From positions 1 through 61,662 of the IMG/VR virus record IMGVR_UViG_3300016484_000327: a stretch of DNA of 61,662 nucleotides; one strand, given 5' to 3'. Every line of letters starts with the position of its first letter. Position 1 is the first letter of the stretch. Shown piece by piece: positions 1-10,732 of the stretch. The DNA comes from a virus (taxonomy: Duplodnaviria > Caudoviricetes). Position numbers and translations under genes: made by a program. The notes beneath the pieces were generated by a model. The model was not told the DNA's origin. It made no database searches and saw only the letters and a list, made by a program, of their open reading frames with translations.

Positions 1-3000
1 TCTCATTCTCCTCATCCTTAGTAATCTTAGATAACTCTTCGTTATACTTAACGATATTAGTGATATTACCAGAAGCGTCTGTATATTTAGCAGCAAGTTC
101 AGCTTTTAACACATCATACTTAGCTTTAATGTCACTAAGCTTTATTGATGTAGGAGTTTTAGGAGTTTCCGTTGGAGTAACTTCTGTAATAACAGGTTCT
201 ATACGAGCTGTATCTGTCACCTGTGCTAATGGAGACTGATTAGGTTGAAGCACTGCTTGCTTTGTAGATGCAGTCTTCTTTTTAGCACCCTTCATATCCT
301 CAGCATCTACAGTACTTGGATCTACATCTTCTCTTACAGCAACTGCTCCTTCCTGCTGAACACGAGGAAACCTAGCTGTTTTCTTGACAGGAGTGGGTAT
401 TACGTCCTTTACAAGATCACTGTTAGGAGTAAAACGAATAGATGTATTCTTAAATATAGAAGGATCTACATTAGTGAAGAATCCGCTAATCTGTGTAAAG
501 TTGGTATTAGCAGGGATGCTATTCTTAAAGTAATCACTCTTAACTGTAGGTAATTCTGCGGTAGGATTAGAACTATTAAATGCTACAATAGATTGATTCA
601 TTCTACTGAGCAAATCATCAAATCCTTTGATTAATGCTTTATTAGTTTTGTCATAAGGAATATCAACGAATACAGTAAAGTTGCGGTCCTTATAGTTGTC
701 AAAGTTTAGCTTCAAGTCTCCAGCTGCTGTAAGAGAAATCTTAACTCCATAACCTAAAGAACTGGTACTTGCTGGCACTGCAATAAAGACACGCTGACTT
801 AAAGACTCGTCAAAGTCACGCGTAAACTCTGGGTTCTTTGCAATACGCTTACCATCTTTAACTTCTACATTCTTCTTAAATGTATTCTCTAGTTCTGTCT
901 TAATATCAGCAAATAACTCATCCTTTTCTTCACCTGCTAAATAACCTGAAGACACCTCTACTAAAGCAGGATTACCATTTGGAAGTGCAAACACCGCGAT
1001 ATATCTACCCTGATTCTTAGTCTTCTCAGCAAAGTCCACTTTACCAAGTAAGGTGGTTAGCTTAGCACGATTCTCATTAATTTCTGTTGCTGTTGCACCA
1101 CGAAGAATAGGTTCTGTAGGACTCTTCTTATCTATCACTGCAATCATTACAGAATTAGTAGCAGCTTCTAAATCAGTAAGTTGATGCTCTTCATCTGTAA
1201 ATACATAATCACCCTGCCTAGGAGTGAGCGTCATAACCTTCTTAAGCTCCTCACTAGAAAGTTCTACACTTTCTTTATCCCCCAGCTTTAAATTAATAGC
1301 TTCATATACCGCTTTAGAACCTAAGTAGTTATTAAGAAAGTCTTCATAGGTTCCTGCTTCTGGTCTAGCAAATATGCTATACTCAGTTTTTGTAAGCTGG
1401 TCTACAGTCTTAACCACTCCATTAATCTCAAAAGTGTATACGTTATGATATGTAGGAAATCCTACGAGTTTACCATCAATATATAACTCAGATGAAATAG
1501 GAGGATTTTGACGTAGCACCTTATACGCACCATTGTTCTTAGAAAACACCACTTTTGGTTCAGTGGAAACTAATGTGCGAACAGCTTTTAATGTAGCATT
1601 TGAAGTGATGTTATCAGGTGTACGACCTAAAACAGAATCACGCATTTCTCCATCTGTCTCTGGTGTAGAGAATATCTTAAGTGTATTATCAACAACAGAT
1701 AGAAACTTAGGATCAGATGTCTGCTTGGTTGCAGTGAAAGCTTTCTGCTTATCTGCAATCTGCTTATCAATATCAGCTATTATACCCTTTAAGATATTTG
1801 CAATAGACTTGGATAGAGCTTCATAGTTCTGCTTATCAAGACCTTCAAGATCAATATTATTAAACAGTTCCTGTTCTATATCTGGAGTTAAGTTAAGGAC
1901 AATACCAAACGCGTCCTTATTAGTAAGTATGCTGTCAATAAATCCAGTATGCATATCCTCCTTCTTATCATACTTCATATTGCTCTTATTCATCTTACCA
2001 GTGAGCAATGACTGAAAGTAGGTTTTTGCAACATATAAGTCTATAAGTTGCTTAAACTCAGACTCGGTGGATATACTTTTTTCAACATTCTTTGGACCAG
2101 TCGCACCCTTATAATTCCATACAATAGACTTAATGCTACCATTAGGATTGTAATTAATAGTATATTCTATCTCTTTAGGTGCAACTTTATGAGCTCCATT
2201 ATAATAAGACTGATTTGGACTATACGTTCCTTGTGCATCACCCTTACTCACTACAGCATCTTGTGCTGTCTCTTTGGGTTTCTCGGAAGCTGCTTTCGCT
2301 CTATCTGCTGCTTCTTTTGCGGCTTTCGCTTTTGCTTCTTCACGCTTTCTAGTCTCTGTTTCAGTAGCTTTATTATGTTCATCTACAACTTGTTTAATAA
2401 CATCGTAATCCTTTGAACCAGGTTCAACAGGAATTATTTGATCATTAACAATCTTGTAATACTTTCCAGGATTTTGTGGGTCTTCAACATATCCAAATGT
2501 ATCAACACCGTTTGTTTGCTCAGGGTGCTTAAGACGTAATAGCTTATGAATAAGATCATTACTATCTGTAATCTTTAATCCTTTCTCAATAGCTTCTATA
2601 ATGATTTGAGATCTGCGATTAAAGATATCTTTCATCACTCCGTAGTGACCCTCATACAACTTTAAGAAGTTCTCAGGATCAGCAAGTGTATTAATAGCTT
2701 CTGTTAAACGACCCTGCTCTTTAGAAAGTTGTAAGAAGTCCATAAGGATGTCAAATCCTTCATCCACTCCTTCTCTAAACGCAGAATCTTTAACAGCACT
2801 AGCTTCCACTTCTACTAAACGCTCAAATGCTAGCTTAGCTAGATTGCGATAGTTTTCGTATGCGGGATTAGCTGCTGTAGGATAGTCAACAGGATATATA
2901 CCACCATCAGGAGTGATAGCAGGAGACTGCACCTTTACGGTGAGGGGGTCTCCACCGGGAGACTCAACAGCATTCTTCCATTTCTTAAGAGCTTCTAAAC

Positions 3001-5371
3001 GTTGCTCTTTAAGAGCTGCAAGCTTTTTAGAATCAGCATCACCAAGCTTTAAGGATGCAATTTCATCCTGTAAAAGCTTCATCTCATTATTATAAAGATC
3101 AGGATTGGTAACCATAGCAAGATCTATGTAATTACCCTTAGAAGTCTTTTTGATATTCTTAAATCGACCTAGCAGATCTACCATACGCTCTGCTGTACGA
3201 TCAAAAGAATACCCCATAAAGATTGCTTGCTCGCGTGCATTCTCCCACGCCATAAACTTAATAGCAGCATCTTCATATTCTTTAGTTCCTTGCTTAAATG
3301 CAGTCAGGTTAATAGGATTGGGCAGTCTATCTTGCTGATCGTTATAACGCTCCTCAAGTTTATCAAGACGTCCTAATGTTTGATCTAAACGTTCTTTAAG
3401 CTTACCAGATTCTTCTACATTAAATCCAATAGCAGCTGTTAGCTCATCACCTTCAAGTTGTTTAAAGTTGTTGATCTTATCTCTAAACAAATCTATCTTA
3501 CCACTCCTAAGAACAGTCATAAGATGTTCATAGACAGCTTGGTCTTTAACATCATGGAAGTTCTTATCATTCTGATTAATGGAAGATTGCGTCAAATATT
3601 TACCTAATTCAGCTTGACGCACTGCGTTCATCAACTCAGGGTCAAAGAACTTAAGTGGATCTTTGTATACCTCATTAAGTTGAGATACGTATTTATTTAC
3701 TAAGTCTTTTCTCTTAGTTTGAAACTCTTGATATTTCTCCTTATTAGTATAACGGAATGCTAAATCTTGCACCCCTCTGGCAGCAGCTACACCACCAGCT
3801 GGGATTGTACCCATTAATGCACCACTTAAGAATGTGCTAAGACCTTGACCACTAAACTGGTTTCCAAGGTTCTTAGATAGATCTCCAAGCATAGCATTCA
3901 TTCCTCCGTAAGAAGGATTATAGAAGCGCTTATAGTAGTAGTCATAAGACGCACCTCCAATAGTTTCCTGAAGATTCTCTTGAATACCTTCCATGTAATT
4001 GGCTTTGAAATAGTTAAGACTATTTCCAAGACCATAACGGAATGCGTTCTTTACATTATATGGACTTACAGCTTCAAAGAGCTGCTTACCTGTATTAAAC
4101 TTAATACTGTTAAATACACTATTAGAAGCAGCACCACGCATTAAATTGCTAATAGTACCATTACCTCTAAATAAATTACCAAACCCTATTCGGTTTGAAT
4201 AGTAAATAACAGGAAGATTAAACTTAGTTGTAAAATCTGCTGAAGCATCAGCGGCTTGCTGGATTCTTAATGCATTATCTCCTTCAGGAAGTCTACCATA
4301 CTGATTTACATAATCACGTGTAAGGTCATCTTTAAGTTGCAACTTCTGGAATCCACCCTCAAGTTTTGCTTCAGATAGTGCAAAGTTAACTTCACGTAAG
4401 TCACGATATGCAGCACCAAATGCACGAACAGCGTTAAAGGTTTCTGATCCACTATAAACTCCTCTAACTAAATCAGTTGTATTACGAAGAGGACTAAAGA
4501 ACTTTAATGTATTCCCACCAAGTTTAGCTGCATTATAAAACACCTTACGAGCAGCATTTGCATCGGAGAATATATCTCCCACCTTAGAAAGATTTCTATA
4601 TGCTTGTGATAACGCTCTAAACCCACGACCCATATTCATACTAAAGCGTGCAGCAACTGCTGGAGTGGCTCCTCCAAATGTAGCACCTTCAACAAATGCT
4701 AATAAAGCATTTTCAGCAACAATCTCGGTTACTGTACCAAGCATGTGTGCTGCAGAAATCTCAAAGTTACTAAGAAAAGAAGATGCGGGTCCGTATGTAG
4801 AAGATCCCATACTTGTAGCTCTACTCCACTTTTGTGCTACAGCATCATCAGTTGATAAGAAACTGTCCCAGTCTCCTGTAAATACACCGTCTATTAAATC
4901 AGGAAATGAACGAAGTCCAGATGTAAATCCATCCCAATAAAGAGGAGCTGCCCAACTAGTAGAACGGTACATCTCCTTAAGAAAATTAGTGCTAGCATTA
5001 TGTATAGCTTCATTATCTCTCCAAGGAACAAATCCTCCTGTTGTATCACCAAATGCCCAAGCTCCTTCAGGATCTACATAACGATCAAAGTTAAGAGACT
5101 CGGCAGGAAAGTAATCTACATTACCCTGCTTCTTATAATCTCTTAATGATAATGCAGCATTAATATCACGATTAAACTGATTATTAACATCTAGAAACGG
5201 ATCCTTAAAGTTTTGAGGAGGACCAGAAGGAATAGGATAGTCTTCATACTTAGGTAGGTCCGGAACTGGATATAAGTTTGGACCATAGTTTAAATAAGTA
5301 TTAGGACCAGGAACATAACTGGAAACATCAATAGGGTTACCACCGGTGATGATATCATTGTTATCTGCCAT
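1..5371 (-). CDS. Giant virion cargo/ejection protein (>1790 aa, runs off the left edge); positional candidate for a crAss-type virion RNA polymerase-cluster protein
   Basis: Absent from the ORF track because no stop lies in the window. ATG at 5371 (MADNNDIITGGNPIDV...) is 2 nt after the upstream stop, and the same frame is still open at the left edge (...SKITKDEENE); I spot-checked rather than translated every codon. N-terminal third has hydrophobic Ala/Gly segments. No DxDGD motif seen in this part. Confidence 0.75.
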   Translation of the reverse strand, partial: MADNNDIITGGNPIDVSSYVPGPNTYLNYGPNLYPVPDLPKYEDYPIPSGPPQNFKDPFLDVNNQFNRDINAALSLRDYKKQGNVDYFPAESLNFDRYVDPEGAWAFGDTTGGFVPWRDNEAIHNASTNFLKEMYRSTSWAAPLYWDGFTSGLRSFPDLIDGVFTGDWDSFLSTDDAVAQKWSRATSMGSSTYGPASSFLSNFEISAAHMLGTVTEIVAENALLAFVEGATFGGATPAVAARFSMNMGRGFRALSQAYRNLSKVGDIFSDANAARKVFYNAAKLGGNTLKFFSPLRNTTDLVRGVYSGSETFNAVRAFGAAYRDLREVNFALSEAKLEGGFQKLQLKDDLTRDYVNQYGRLPEGDNALRIQQAADASADFTTKFNLPVIYYSNRIGFGNLFRGNGTISNLMRGAASNSVFNSIKFNTGKQLFEAVSPYNVKNAFRYGLGNSLNYFKANYMEGIQENLQETIGGASYDYYYKRFYNPSYGGMNAMLGDLSKNLGNQFSGQGLSTFLSGALMGTIPAGGVAAARGVQDLAFRYTNKEKYQEFQTKRKDLVNKYVSQLNEVYKDPLKFFDPELMNAVRQAELGKYLTQSSINQNDKNFHDVKDQAVYEHLMTVLRSGKIDLFRDKINNFKQLEGDELTAAIGFNVEESGKLKERLDQTLGRLDKLEERYNDQQDRLPNPINLTAFKQGTKEYEDAAIKFMAWENAREQAIFMGYSFDRTAERMVDLLGRFKNIKKTSKGNYIDLAMVTNPDLYNNEMKLLQDEIASLKLGDADSKKLAALKEQRLEALKKWKNAVESPGGDPLTVKVQSPAITPDGGIYPVDYPTAANPAYENYRNLAKLAFERLVEVEASAVKDSAFREGVDEGFDILMDFLQLSKEQGRLTEAINTLADPENFLKLYEGHYGVMKDIFNRRSQIIIEAIEKGLKITDSNDLIHKLLRLKHPEQTNGVDTFGYVEDPQNPGKYYKIVNDQIIPVEPGSKDYDVIKQVVDEHNKATETETRKREEAKAKAAKEAADRAKAASEKPKETAQDAVVSKGDAQGTYSPNQSYYNGAHKVAPKEIEYTINYNPNGSIKSIVWNYKGATGPKNVEKSISTESEFKQLIDLYVAKTYFQSLLTGKMNKSNMKYDKKEDMHTGFIDSILTNKDAFGIVLNLTPDIEQELFNNIDLEGLDKQNYEALSKSIANILKGIIADIDKQIADKQKAFTATKQTSDPKFLSVVDNTLKIFSTPETDGEMRDSVLGRTPDNITSNATLKAVRTLVSTEPKVVFSKNNGAYKVLRQNPPISSELYIDGKLVGFPTYHNVYTFEINGVVKTVDQLTKTEYSIFARPEAGTYEDFLNNYLGSKAVYEAINLKLGDKESVELSSEELKKVMTLTPRQGDYVFTDEEHQLTDLEAATNSVMIAVIDKKSPTEPILRGATATEINENRAKLTTLLGKVDFAEKTKNQGRYIAVFALPNGNPALVEVSSGYLAGEEKDELFADIKTELENTFKKNVEVKDGKRIAKNPEFTRDFDESLSQRVFIAVPASTSSLGYGVKISLTAAGDLKLNFDNYKDRNFTVFVDIPYDKTNKALIKGFDDLLSRMNQSIVAFNSSNPTAELPTVKSDYFKNSIPANTNFTQISGFFTNVDPSIFKNTSIRFTPNSDLVKDVIPTPVKKTARFPRVQQEGAVAVREDVDPSTVDAEDMKGAKKKTASTKQAVLQPNQSPLAQVTDTARIEPVITEVTPTETPKTPTSIKLSDIKAKYDVLKAELAAKYTDASGNITNIVKYNEELSKITKDEENE

Positions 5372-5373
5372 AA

Positions 5374-8300
5374 TTATTGCTTAGCTGCGTTTTGAACATC
5401 ATTCCAAGATACCTTCGGAAGATTAGGATTAGCCATTCTAGAAGACTCAACTCTTTGTCTTATATCTTCATTTCTATATATGGTAGCAACCATACTATTT
5501 AATATCTGATAATAAGCACTTGTCAAATCTAAGGATTTATCTACAACTTGCGAATTACTTTTAGGAGTTTGTGTAATCACCCCATTAGGAAGAGTAGTAT
5601 TCTCTATATAATCTGTAATCACTTTATACCCACCAGTAGAAAGATTTGACACTGTAATCTTAAAACCGGGTGCAATTTCTCTAGTAAAATATCCTTGATC
5701 AGCATTAGCTCTTAATAGCATATCAATCTCCCCAATTCTACCTGTCTCAACAGCTGCTAAGGAGTTATCAATTGTCTTTATAATATTACCCTTATCATCC
5801 CTATCATACTTCTTAACATAAACAGTGATTCCGTTAGCCATACTAAGAGCTTCATCTTTAGTTAATAGCTTCTTAGTCTCAGTGGTAGATGTATTATCCT
5901 GTACCCACTTAGGATCAAGAGTAATAGTATAAGCTGCCCAATTACCATCATTACCAGCAATTTGAGCACTTGTAAAATTATGTTGGTTGATATTATCTTT
6001 ACCACCTATTCTCACTGTATTTAGAAGAGGCATCTTAATCTTTTCAAATAGTGTTTCTGCAGCTGATTTATTTTCAACCTCAGCTCCCCCATTAAAACTA
6101 AACTTAACGTAGTCATCACTATATCCACCACCTTTCTCACTAGCATATGTAGAGATAGTTTGAACTAAACTTTCTGTAAATCTATCGGCATCCTCACCCT
6201 TAACATTTGATTGTCCATAGAATACTAATCTACGACTAGCAATACCTCCACCCTTTTGATTCTCAGCAAAGTAGTTAAACTCATTACCTGCTTTATTCCA
6301 AGTCTGTATGATAGTGTTAAGATTTTTATCATACATATCTGAAAACTTACTTGGATTCTCAGCTATATATAAATCAAGAAAGTCATTCTTTCCTAAAGAA
6401 AGGATATTAGAAATTCTTTGAAATTCCGCTGCATCCCCAGGTTGGTCTCTATCCCTACCCATTCTAGATCTAAGAACATTAGCTCTATCTACATAAGATT
6501 GCTTAAATGTTTGAATATCAGCGTCTGTAATAGATGCTCTAAGATTAGATATATATTCTTCTGGAGAACTAACAATGCTTGCTCCGTTGAACATTGCATT
6601 GAACATAGCTGCTTGTTCTGGATAGGAACCTGCAAGATTATTAATAACCTGCTGAAGCTTTTCTTTCTTAAACTGAATAGCTCCTGTCCATACATCATTG
6701 AGATTATTTATTCTTGTAACATCTCCCAAAGCATTTTGATATTTAGCATTATCACTACCAGTTTGTGCCCATGACTTATAACGTGTCATTGCAAGATCAT
6801 AAAGACGATCAAGCTCATTATCATAACTACCACGCTTATAAAAATCATAAGAAGTTGCTTGTGTCTGTTGCTTACTAGGATCCTGAAAGAGTCTGTCAAT
6901 AGAATATTTACGTCCTGAGTTTAAAGTGAAGTTTTGTAAATTCGTACTATTAGTAGGTGTATAAGATGTTAATAACCCTGAAGAAACCTTCATATTAATT
7001 AACTCACCTCTCTTACCAGCAGGAATTAGATTACCCTTAATATCTTTAATCTCGCTAGGATCTAATACTTTTTCAATGAATGAAATCTTTGATCCTATCA
7101 ACTGATTCATTATATCATTATTCACTTCATTGAAAAGCTGATAGGTATTCACCTGACCATTCTTATCTCTAGGAAGTGTATTAGCAGCAGAGCTTTTTTC
7201 GTCATCTAAAACTGTAGGAATATTTATATTACCTCCAGGACCTAAAGGAGATTTAGGAGTGTTGACAGTTGATTTACCAGCACCTGTACCAGCATTATCA
7301 TTTGCATCATATAAAGGAATACCGTATTCTAACTTTAAGTCGTACAAACCTCTTTGCTTACGCAATTCTGCTTCCACTTTATAATCTTCTAACTGTTTAC
7401 TCTTTTCAAACTCATAGTCTGCTTTCTTAAATGGAAATACAAGATCCTTATATATAGGATTAGTATCCACTTTTGTTGTACCAAACTGAGAAAGAGATGT
7501 AGCTAAGTCAATAGCCATCTTATTTAAATAAGTCTGGGAAAGAAATGCTGTAGGATTACCTAGTATTCTTTCAAGATAAGGAGCAGGTTTACCTCCTACA
7601 TCAAATATGTCACCTCTAATTTTATCAGACTTTAACTTAAGAGCATTATATTGCTTCTGATCATCAATAGCTTGTTGCTCTTCTTTAGATCCAGCAATCA
7701 GTGTACCTTCATCAGCACGTTTCTTCCATCCATCTAAACGCATTGAGATTTGCTTCATAGCATCTTCAGTTCCTTCAAGTACACCTTTCTGTGTATTAAA
7801 GTAGTCATTTGCTAATGCATTATCATGTGCTTTAGCTGCTTCTTCAGCAGATGCAAATCTACCATTCTGAGTGTTATCACGTATAAAACGTGAGCGTGTC
7901 ACTCTACCCATTACATTAAAACCTTCCATAGCTTCAGGATCATTCTCTGCCATAGAAAGATATAAGTTAACTAATGGAATTTTAAGAGGTTCACCATTCT
8001 CATATGTATACTTATACTGACCATCTAATTCATCATATGCACGCTTTAGTTTGCCTTCAGCAAACATCTTAAGTATCTGATCGTCAACGTTTGGTTTAGA
8101 TACATATCTACGAGAACGCATATTCATCATCTCAGTAGGAGATGCTTTAGAGAAATCGTCTGCCCAGTTGTCAAGATCTTCAATACCCATACTCCAATAA
8201 CGATTCCTCTGATCTTCTTTTTCAGATTTACTAAGATCCATTCCATATTGACGCTGACCCATATACTGTTTAGTCTGCACCATATCATGCAGTATATGAT

Positions 8301-8607
8301 TGTCTTCGTAGAAAGGACGGAATAAAGAACTAGCAGCTGCAACATTCTGAGGAAGAGAAAGATCTACATTAGGAAGATCCTTTAATGCCTGCTCTGCATC
8401 TGCAAGAATTTGCTTGCGACGCTCTTTACTATATTCATTAAGTAGAGGGGAATCAATGACAGTACGAGCTGTACTGCTTAGTTGGGCAAATCCTTTATCA
8501 TACCTGGACTGCTTAAGCATTAACCCCTGCTGAATCAACCCCCAATTAGGAGTGAATAGCTTATCGGGTGGAAAAAAATCCGTAGCTCCTTGTAAGAATG
8601 TTGCCAT
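5374..8607 (-). CDS. Large virion cargo/ejection protein (1077 aa)
   Basis: Long ORF; N-terminus MATFLQG...KQSRYDKG...DLSLPQNV..A..LF.PFY resembles crAss-like cargo proteins; lies between muzzle and giant ORF; preceded by late-promoter-like motif. Confidence 0.65.
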   Translation of the reverse strand: MATFLQGATDFFPPDKLFTPNWGLIQQGLMLKQSRYDKGFAQLSSTARTVIDSPLLNEYSKERRKQILADAEQALKDLPNVDLSLPQNVAAASSLFRPFYEDNHILHDMVQTKQYMGQRQYGMDLSKSEKEDQRNRYWSMGIEDLDNWADDFSKASPTEMMNMRSRRYVSKPNVDDQILKMFAEGKLKRAYDELDGQYKYTYENGEPLKIPLVNLYLSMAENDPEAMEGFNVMGRVTRSRFIRDNTQNGRFASAEEAAKAHDNALANDYFNTQKGVLEGTEDAMKQISMRLDGWKKRADEGTLIAGSKEEQQAIDDQKQYNALKLKSDKIRGDIFDVGGKPAPYLERILGNPTAFLSQTYLNKMAIDLATSLSQFGTTKVDTNPIYKDLVFPFKKADYEFEKSKQLEDYKVEAELRKQRGLYDLKLEYGIPLYDANDNAGTGAGKSTVNTPKSPLGPGGNINIPTVLDDEKSSAANTLPRDKNGQVNTYQLFNEVNNDIMNQLIGSKISFIEKVLDPSEIKDIKGNLIPAGKRGELINMKVSSGLLTSYTPTNSTNLQNFTLNSGRKYSIDRLFQDPSKQQTQATSYDFYKRGSYDNELDRLYDLAMTRYKSWAQTGSDNAKYQNALGDVTRINNLNDVWTGAIQFKKEKLQQVINNLAGSYPEQAAMFNAMFNGASIVSSPEEYISNLRASITDADIQTFKQSYVDRANVLRSRMGRDRDQPGDAAEFQRISNILSLGKNDFLDLYIAENPSKFSDMYDKNLNTIIQTWNKAGNEFNYFAENQKGGGIASRRLVFYGQSNVKGEDADRFTESLVQTISTYASEKGGGYSDDYVKFSFNGGAEVENKSAAETLFEKIKMPLLNTVRIGGKDNINQHNFTSAQIAGNDGNWAAYTITLDPKWVQDNTSTTETKKLLTKDEALSMANGITVYVKKYDRDDKGNIIKTIDNSLAAVETGRIGEIDMLLRANADQGYFTREIAPGFKITVSNLSTGGYKVITDYIENTTLPNGVITQTPKSNSQVVDKSLDLTSAYYQILNSMVATIYRNEDIRQRVESSRMANPNLPKVSWNDVQNAAKQ

Positions 8608-8610
8608 AAG

Positions 8611-8626
8611 TTATAATATAATATAC
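8611..8626 (-). promoter_or_regulatory. Putative phage late promoter (GTATATTATATTATAA)
   Basis: One of five near-identical intergenic motifs upstream of structural genes. Confidence 0.55.
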
Positions 8627-8667
8627 CGAAAAATCTTGTAAGTTTAAAACTAAACTTTATAAGTTTA

Positions 8668-10719
8668 CTAGTCTTCGTCATTGCTAAATAGTGACGGATT
8701 CATCGCTTGCTGCTGCTGTAACATAGCCATTTGTAATACAGGATTCATATATCCAGCACCCATACCACCCATCATTCCAAGCATTGCAGGATTCATTGCT
8801 GTTCTAGAACTAGTTCTTGGTGCTTGAAAATACTGATTAATCAATGCTTTCCTATATGTATCTCTAGCTTTTTCATCTGGAATCTTTTCTACCTCTTTTT
8901 CAATAGCGTCCATTATCGCAGCATTATTTCCAGAAGCAGATGACTGACTATTAAATACACTAGCAGCAGACATTCCACTTCCATATGGTTGATACATACT
9001 AGCTGTCCATGGATCGATTGCTGCTTGTGGAAACATTTGATTATATATAGATGCTTGATCAACATTAAATAATAGTTGATTAGCAGCATTCTTAACATTT
9101 CTACCTTTAGTAATACGTTGCTTATCAGAACTATCTACAAAACGAGCTACATCCTCTAAATATTGACGAGCAAGTCCAGCATTAGCAGCTAGATTCTGAC
9201 CATACATCTGTGCATTAAACTGACGTGCAGCCATATCTGTTTGAACATTCTGAGCACCTGTTACAGTTTGTAGTCTTGATAATTCAGGAAGTGTTCTAGA
9301 CTGAATATCTGCTAATACAGCTGATTGAGTTTGTGGAGCTCTTGCATATAAACTAGCTTCTCTAGATTGCTGTGCTGCAACTGATTGTATAGGAGCGTAG
9401 TCAGGTTGTAAGAATGCAGGATCAATACTCACTGCAGGAAGCGCTTGTCTTACAGGATATACATCAGTTGTATATTCTCCTAAAGCACTAGCTAAATTTA
9501 ATACATCTTGCTTAAATGGACGTGTTCTAGTAATAGAAGGAGTGATAGTAACTAATCTTGGAGGAGTCTTTTTCGTTGTAGTAGGGGGAACTGTAGTCTT
9601 AGTGGTTGTTCCTGGAACATCCTCAATTAACACCTCTTCAGGAGGAGTAGCTGGAATATTATATTCTTCCACTTTCGTTTCATCTTTTCCTGGAATAGGT
9701 ACATAATACTTTTCATACTTCTTTAATCCCTCTTTTGTACCGTGCTTTGCTTCAGCAAGTTGATCAATAGTTACACCTTTCTGTAATTGACTGATAATCC
9801 ACTTTTCCCAATCCGTACCAGCTTTACCTCCAGGAATAGCGCGTGTCACTTCCATAGATCCAGGAGTACCTTTAATAACAACAGTTCTTGTACCCTTACT
9901 ACCTGCAGTACCAGCTTTTACATAACGATTAGGATTATTAGGATCTTGAACATACCCAGGATTCTGTTGTAAAAATGTAGAAAGCTCACTCTTCTTAATC
10001 TTCTTAGGACCACCACCCACTTGCATTTTTTGCATACCACCATATTTCATTTCTGACATAGGTTCTTGTGCTGCAGATTCAATACGTGAATCTTTCTGTA
10101 ACTCTTCTAATGCAGGAATACCAAGCTGAGGAATTTCATAATCTTTACCAATCATAGCTTTAGATAGTTCACCAGCAAGAGCAGCTCTAGATATATACTT
10201 ATTATAATCAGGTAGACGATTCATTGCAGTGTTTAATTCATACTGATCAACAGGTTCACCTAGTTCAGCTTTACGCAAAATCTGAGTATTACGATTATAA
10301 TCTTTAACATCCACCTTCTTATTAAGAAGAGCAGCAATAGTATTATCTTTCTTCTTCTTAGAAGAAGCTTCAAATCCAAAAGCTACCTGAAGCGCGGGAT
10401 GCATAGTTATATAATCAGAGAATACATAAGCTCCAGGTTCTACATTAGTTTTATGACCTCCATCGGCATGTTTCTTACCACCCACCTTATATATACCCTG
10501 ACTATCTTTGATAAGTTCTCCCTTCTCCACTTCTACATTAGCATTCTCCTTATCTTCAGGATAGTAGACACGGATGTTTTCATCAGAAGATTCTTCTGTA
10601 CCAGTGAGGTAGTCTTTTAAATTACCACCACCGCGATAAAGTCCATAATTCTGCTGATCACCTGTATGACCACCGTTAGCAAAGTTTGGAAGCTTAGTAA
10701 TCTTTACCTTATGTTTCAT
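8668..10719 (-). CDS. Virion cargo protein (683 aa)
   Basis: ANVEVEKGE...GKKHADGG...YVFSD block typical of crAss-like internal proteins; xxGG motifs; Thr/Pro linker; Gln/Ala-rich C-terminus. Confidence 0.6.
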   Translation of the reverse strand: MKHKVKITKLPNFANGGHTGDQQNYGLYRGGGNLKDYLTGTEESSDENIRVYYPEDKENANVEVEKGELIKDSQGIYKVGGKKHADGGHKTNVEPGAYVFSDYITMHPALQVAFGFEASSKKKKDNTIAALLNKKVDVKDYNRNTQILRKAELGEPVDQYELNTAMNRLPDYNKYISRAALAGELSKAMIGKDYEIPQLGIPALEELQKDSRIESAAQEPMSEMKYGGMQKMQVGGGPKKIKKSELSTFLQQNPGYVQDPNNPNRYVKAGTAGSKGTRTVVIKGTPGSMEVTRAIPGGKAGTDWEKWIISQLQKGVTIDQLAEAKHGTKEGLKKYEKYYVPIPGKDETKVEEYNIPATPPEEVLIEDVPGTTTKTTVPPTTTKKTPPRLVTITPSITRTRPFKQDVLNLASALGEYTTDVYPVRQALPAVSIDPAFLQPDYAPIQSVAAQQSREASLYARAPQTQSAVLADIQSRTLPELSRLQTVTGAQNVQTDMAARQFNAQMYGQNLAANAGLARQYLEDVARFVDSSDKQRITKGRNVKNAANQLLFNVDQASIYNQMFPQAAIDPWTASMYQPYGSGMSAASVFNSQSSASGNNAAIMDAIEKEVEKIPDEKARDTYRKALINQYFQAPRTSSRTAMNPAMLGMMGGMGAGYMNPVLQMAMLQQQQAMNPSLFSNDED

Positions 10720-10732
10720 AGTATAAATTGAT

